Below, piece after piece: positions 61,329 through 64,000 of a stretch of 64,000 bases of DNA; positions within the stretch are counted from its first letter, which is position 1, and the number at the start of each line of letters is the position of its first letter. The stretch is taken from positions 238 to 64,237 of the forward strand of contig NZAJ01000093.1 of NCBI GenBank assembly GCA_002687495.1, read 5' to 3'. The notes beneath the pieces were generated by a model that did no database searches, was not told the DNA's origin, and saw nothing but the letters and a program-made list of their open reading frames with translations. The DNA comes from Micavibrio sp. Its GTDB lineage: Bacteria; Pseudomonadota; Alphaproteobacteria; Micavibrionales; Micavibrionaceae. The position numbers and the translations under genes were made by a program.

Positions 61329-62237
61329 TCATTTTAATGGAACGGCTTTACCCCAACTGCCATCAGCTTGGCGTGTTGTCTGCATAAAGATCATTTTCTG
61401 ATTTTTTATATCGCCTGCGATAAACCATGCCGTCTTTTCATCCGCGGACAATGAGATTTCTGCATGGTAGAGATCTGTGCCAAGATTCTCTGCTTTTGCT
61501 TCCCCCCAGCTATCTCCAGTTTTTTCACTTAGCATATTTCCTGATGCACCATCTCGGCTAAAACGCATTTTGCCGTTTTGAACATAGGGTTGATCTTCTT
61601 TTGCGGCTGTATTGATAGCGCCTTTTACTGGCTCGGCTTTAGACCATTCATTATCGCCCAAGCGCTGTGCTTGCCAAATATCCATATTGCCGCCGCGATC
61701 TGAGGCCCAATATAAGGTCTTGGTTTGCCAATCATAGTGAGGGTTTGTATCTACGGCGCTACTGCTGAGCCCTATTTTTTCTAAACCGCCCCATTGGCCA
61801 TTTTCATATCGTGCGAGATAGAGATCTGTAGCTTTTTGAAAAAACATCTCACTTCCGGCAATCATCGCGCAGCAATCCGCATCGCCATCATTGATAGGGA
61901 TATTATGCGCAACGCTCCAACGCCCTGATTGATCCTTAAAAGCGATATATAGGTCACTATCACTCCAAGGATTTTTATCATTCTTATGATGGTTTGGCGG
62001 CGCTGCCCCCTCAAGTTTTGGCGCGCCTTTACCTAGAATAGTTGGAAAGAAATTATAGCGTGCATACATAAACACAGCCATATTCCCATCAGGGGAAACC
62101 CATAAGCTATCTGGCCAGCCAGCCCATTCGAAAGGTGAAGTGGATTGCTGAGCAGAACTTCTATTGTCCCCCTGCTCTGCTGCATTTGAACATGCTGGCA
62201 TCAATATAAGTAATAGTAGTAAATATATTCTCATCAT
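61329..62237 (-). CDS. exported lipoprotein with TolB/PD40-like beta-propeller repeats
   Basis: 302 aa. Signal plus Cys (LILMPACS). Repeated S.DG..., DLY and W patterns (LYWASDRGGNMDIWQA) resemble PD40 repeats. Confidence 0.55.
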   Translation of the reverse strand: MMRIYLLLLLILMPACSNAAEQGDNRSSAQQSTSPFEWAGWPDSLWVSPDGNMAVFMYARYNFFPTILGKGAPKLEGAAPPNHHKNDKNPWSDSDLYIAFKDQSGRWSVAHNIPINDGDADCCAMIAGSEMFFQKATDLYLARYENGQWGGLEKIGLSSSAVDTNPHYDWQTKTLYWASDRGGNMDIWQAQRLGDNEWSKAEPVKGAINTAAKEDQPYVQNGKMRFSRDGASGNMLSEKTGDSWGEAKAENLGTDLYHAEISLSADEKTAWFIAGDIKNQKMIFMQTTRQADGSWGKAVPLK

Positions 62238-62239
62238 TT

Positions 62240-63517
62240 TTACCCCCTTAACTTAGCCCAATAATGTAAGCGTTTTTTGACATCTCTTTCAAAGCCACGC
62301 TCAACGGGCCTGTAAAATTCATAGCGCCCTATTGCTTCAGGGAAATAGCTTAGCCCTGAAAAGCCTTCTTCCGTGTCATGATCATAGATATAGCCATCTT
62401 TATACCCCTGATCTTTCATCATTTTAGTCGGGGCATTCATCGCATGTTTGGGCGGCATGAGTGAGCCCGTTTCTTTTGCCAGCCTTTTAGCCTCTGCGAG
62501 CGCCACATATGATGCATTTGATTTAGGTGCGGTTGCCAAATATGTGCAGGCTTGCGCCATAGCGAGCTCTGCTTCAGGGATGCCTAAACGCTCATAAGCT
62601 GTCCATGCGTTATTGGCGATAACAAGGGCTTGTGGGTCGGCATTGCCGATATCTTCTGACGCGACACAAAGCATCCGGCGCAGTATATAGGCTGGATCTT
62701 CTCCTGCGCCAAGCATTCTCGCCATCCAATAAAGCGCGGCATCGACATCACTGGCACGTAAAGATTTATGAAAGGCCGAGATTAAATTAAAATGCGCATC
62801 ATTCCCCTTATCATAAAGTGCGGCGCGGCGCTGAATGAGCTCAAGCAAGGCACTTTCATCTAACTCTTTTCCGTGTGCAATAATTTGCTCAGCCATTGAG
62901 AGTAAATAGCGCCCATCACCATCAGCCATAGTAATGAGCAGCGCTCTGGCTTTCGGTGTAAGGGGCAACTCGCCTGCTTTTTGCAAAAGCGTTTCTAAAG
63001 CTTGTTCATCAAGGCGTTTTAATACCAGCACTTGCGCGCGGGATAAAAGCGCGGCATTCAGCTCAAAAGACGGGTTTTCTGTTGTTGCTCCGATCAAGGT
63101 GATCGTTCCGTCTTCCATGACGGGTAAAAAGGCATCTTGTTGAGATTTATTAAAGCGATGAATTTCATCAACAAAGAGCAAAGTTTTTTGACCATTTGAA
63201 GCTCTAAATCTTGCGGCTTCAAAGACTTTTCTTAAATCTGCAACGCCTGAGAAAATGGCGCTAATTTGCTCATAATGCATATCGCTATGCTGAGAGAGAA
63301 TACGCGCGAGCGTCGTTTTACCACAGCCTGGTGGCCCCCAGAAAATAAGAGATGGAATATGACCGCTCTTCAGCATGCGCGTCAGTGAGCCCTGCTCCCC
63401 GACTAAATGCTCTTGCCCTACAACCTCATTTAGAATATGCGGGCGCAAGCGTTCGGCTAGAGGCGCATTGCTCTGCAAAGCCTCATTTTTTTCATTATTT
63501 GCGAATAAATCTGCCAT
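62240..63517 (-). CDS. rarA: replication-associated recombination protein A (AAA+ ATPase)
   Basis: 425 aa. Walker [12 protein letters not shown], Walker [12 protein letters not shown] and the MgsA C-terminal domain. Confidence 0.95.
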   Translation of the reverse strand: MADLFANNEKNEALQSNAPLAERLRPHILNEVVGQEHLVGEQGSLTRMLKSGHIPSLIFWGPPGCGKTTLARILSQHSDMHYEQISAIFSGVADLRKVFEAARFRASNGQKTLLFVDEIHRFNKSQQDAFLPVMEDGTITLIGATTENPSFELNAALLSRAQVLVLKRLDEQALETLLQKAGELPLTPKARALLITMADGDGRYLLSMAEQIIAHGKELDESALLELIQRRAALYDKGNDAHFNLISAFHKSLRASDVDAALYWMARMLGAGEDPAYILRRMLCVASEDIGNADPQALVIANNAWTAYERLGIPEAELAMAQACTYLATAPKSNASYVALAEAKRLAKETGSLMPPKHAMNAPTKMMKDQGYKDGYIYDHDTEEGFSGLSYFPEAIGRYEFYRPVERGFERDVKKRLHYWAKLRG

Positions 63518-63597
63518 TTTTCCTTTGCGTATGCTTGACCAATCCCCTATGACATATACTTCTTTAAAATATATTAGAGAAGATTTAAACAGCGATC

Positions 63598-64000
63598 ATG
63601 ACAAGTTTAAAATATACAGATGAGATAGCGCAGGAAACAGCCGCGCTTTATGAGAAGCTTCAGCCACAATTCTCGCATGAGCGTTGGGAAGATTTAGCAC
63701 CCTATATCGTAGAGATTAACCGCCTTAAAAAAGAAAAGAACGCGGTTATTTTGGCGCATAACTATATGACCTCTGATGTGTTTTATGGTGTCGGCGATAT
63801 TGTTGGGGACAGTTTAGGCCTTGCCCGCATGGCGGCGCAGAGTGATGCAGACATGATCATCCAAGCGGGTGTGCATTTCATGGCTGAAACATCAAAAATT
63901 CTATGCCCAGAGAAAAAAGTGATTATGCCCGATATGGAGGCTGGCTGCTCTTTGGCTGAGGGGATTACCGCAGAAGAATTACGCGCCTTTAAAGCTAAGC
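63598..64000 (+). CDS. nadA: quinolinate synthase (3'-truncated by window edge)
   Basis: The frame is open from ATG 63598 to the window end. It contains ILAHNYM, VHFMAETSKIL and AGCSLA motifs. Confidence 0.9.
   Translation, partial: MTSLKYTDEIAQETAALYEKLQPQFSHERWEDLAPYIVEINRLKKEKNAVILAHNYMTSDVFYGVGDIVGDSLGLARMAAQSDADMIIQAGVHFMAETSKILCPEKKVIMPDMEAGCSLAEGITAEELRAFKAK

Overview
This 64-kb window is chromosomal core sequence with an alphaproteobacterial gene content and order. From left to right it carries pntA(3' end)-pntB and the block ligA-recN-bamD-lpxC-ftsZ-ftsA-ftsQ-ddl. A dcw cluster follows, written here in transcription order: rsmH-ftsL-ftsI-murE-[154-aa ORFan]-mraY-murD-ftsW-murG-murC-[683-bp gap]-murB. 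After that come an FTR1 iron permease, RNase P RNA (minus strand, absent from the ORF track), an MFS pump, an AmpD-like amidase, msrA, ileS, ribF, lspA, a DUF3035-like lipoprotein, an M16 peptidase pair, pgi, mutL, ATP12, an AsmA-like protein, a pseudouridine synthase, crcB, EamA/GT2, rarA and the nadA 5' end. I saw no transposase, integrase, CRISPR array, tRNA or rRNA.

The most unusual signal is that the D-Ala-D-Ala end of peptidoglycan precursor synthesis looks remodelled.
- The canonical murF slot between murE and mraY holds a basic 154-aa ORFan with a strong Shine-Dalgarno (SD) sequence.
- The only MurF-like ligase lies on the opposite strand between ddl and murB. Its usual N-domain is replaced by about 160 aa of hydrophobic segments, and its start codon directly abuts the stop codon of an alpha/beta hydrolase.
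- ddl is long (413 aa) and carries a Gly/Lys/Thr-rich insertion of about 23 aa right after the omega-loop KY.

Other points:
- Dense GANTC (CcrM-type) clusters sit in both division-promoter regions, upstream of ftsZ and upstream of rsmH. No mraZ is present.
- A perfect DnaA box and a 13-bp long-range inverted repeat lie upstream of ftsZ.
- A plus-strand terminator-like hairpin sits antisense to the murB start region.
- One of two tandem GNAT genes is split by an in-frame TAG.
- Several ORFans sit at junctions of conserved operons. Every plus-strand gene inside the roughly 30-kb minus-strand block (4-34 kb) is one of these non-syntenic additions.

All functional calls rest on motifs read by eye. 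No database search was possible.
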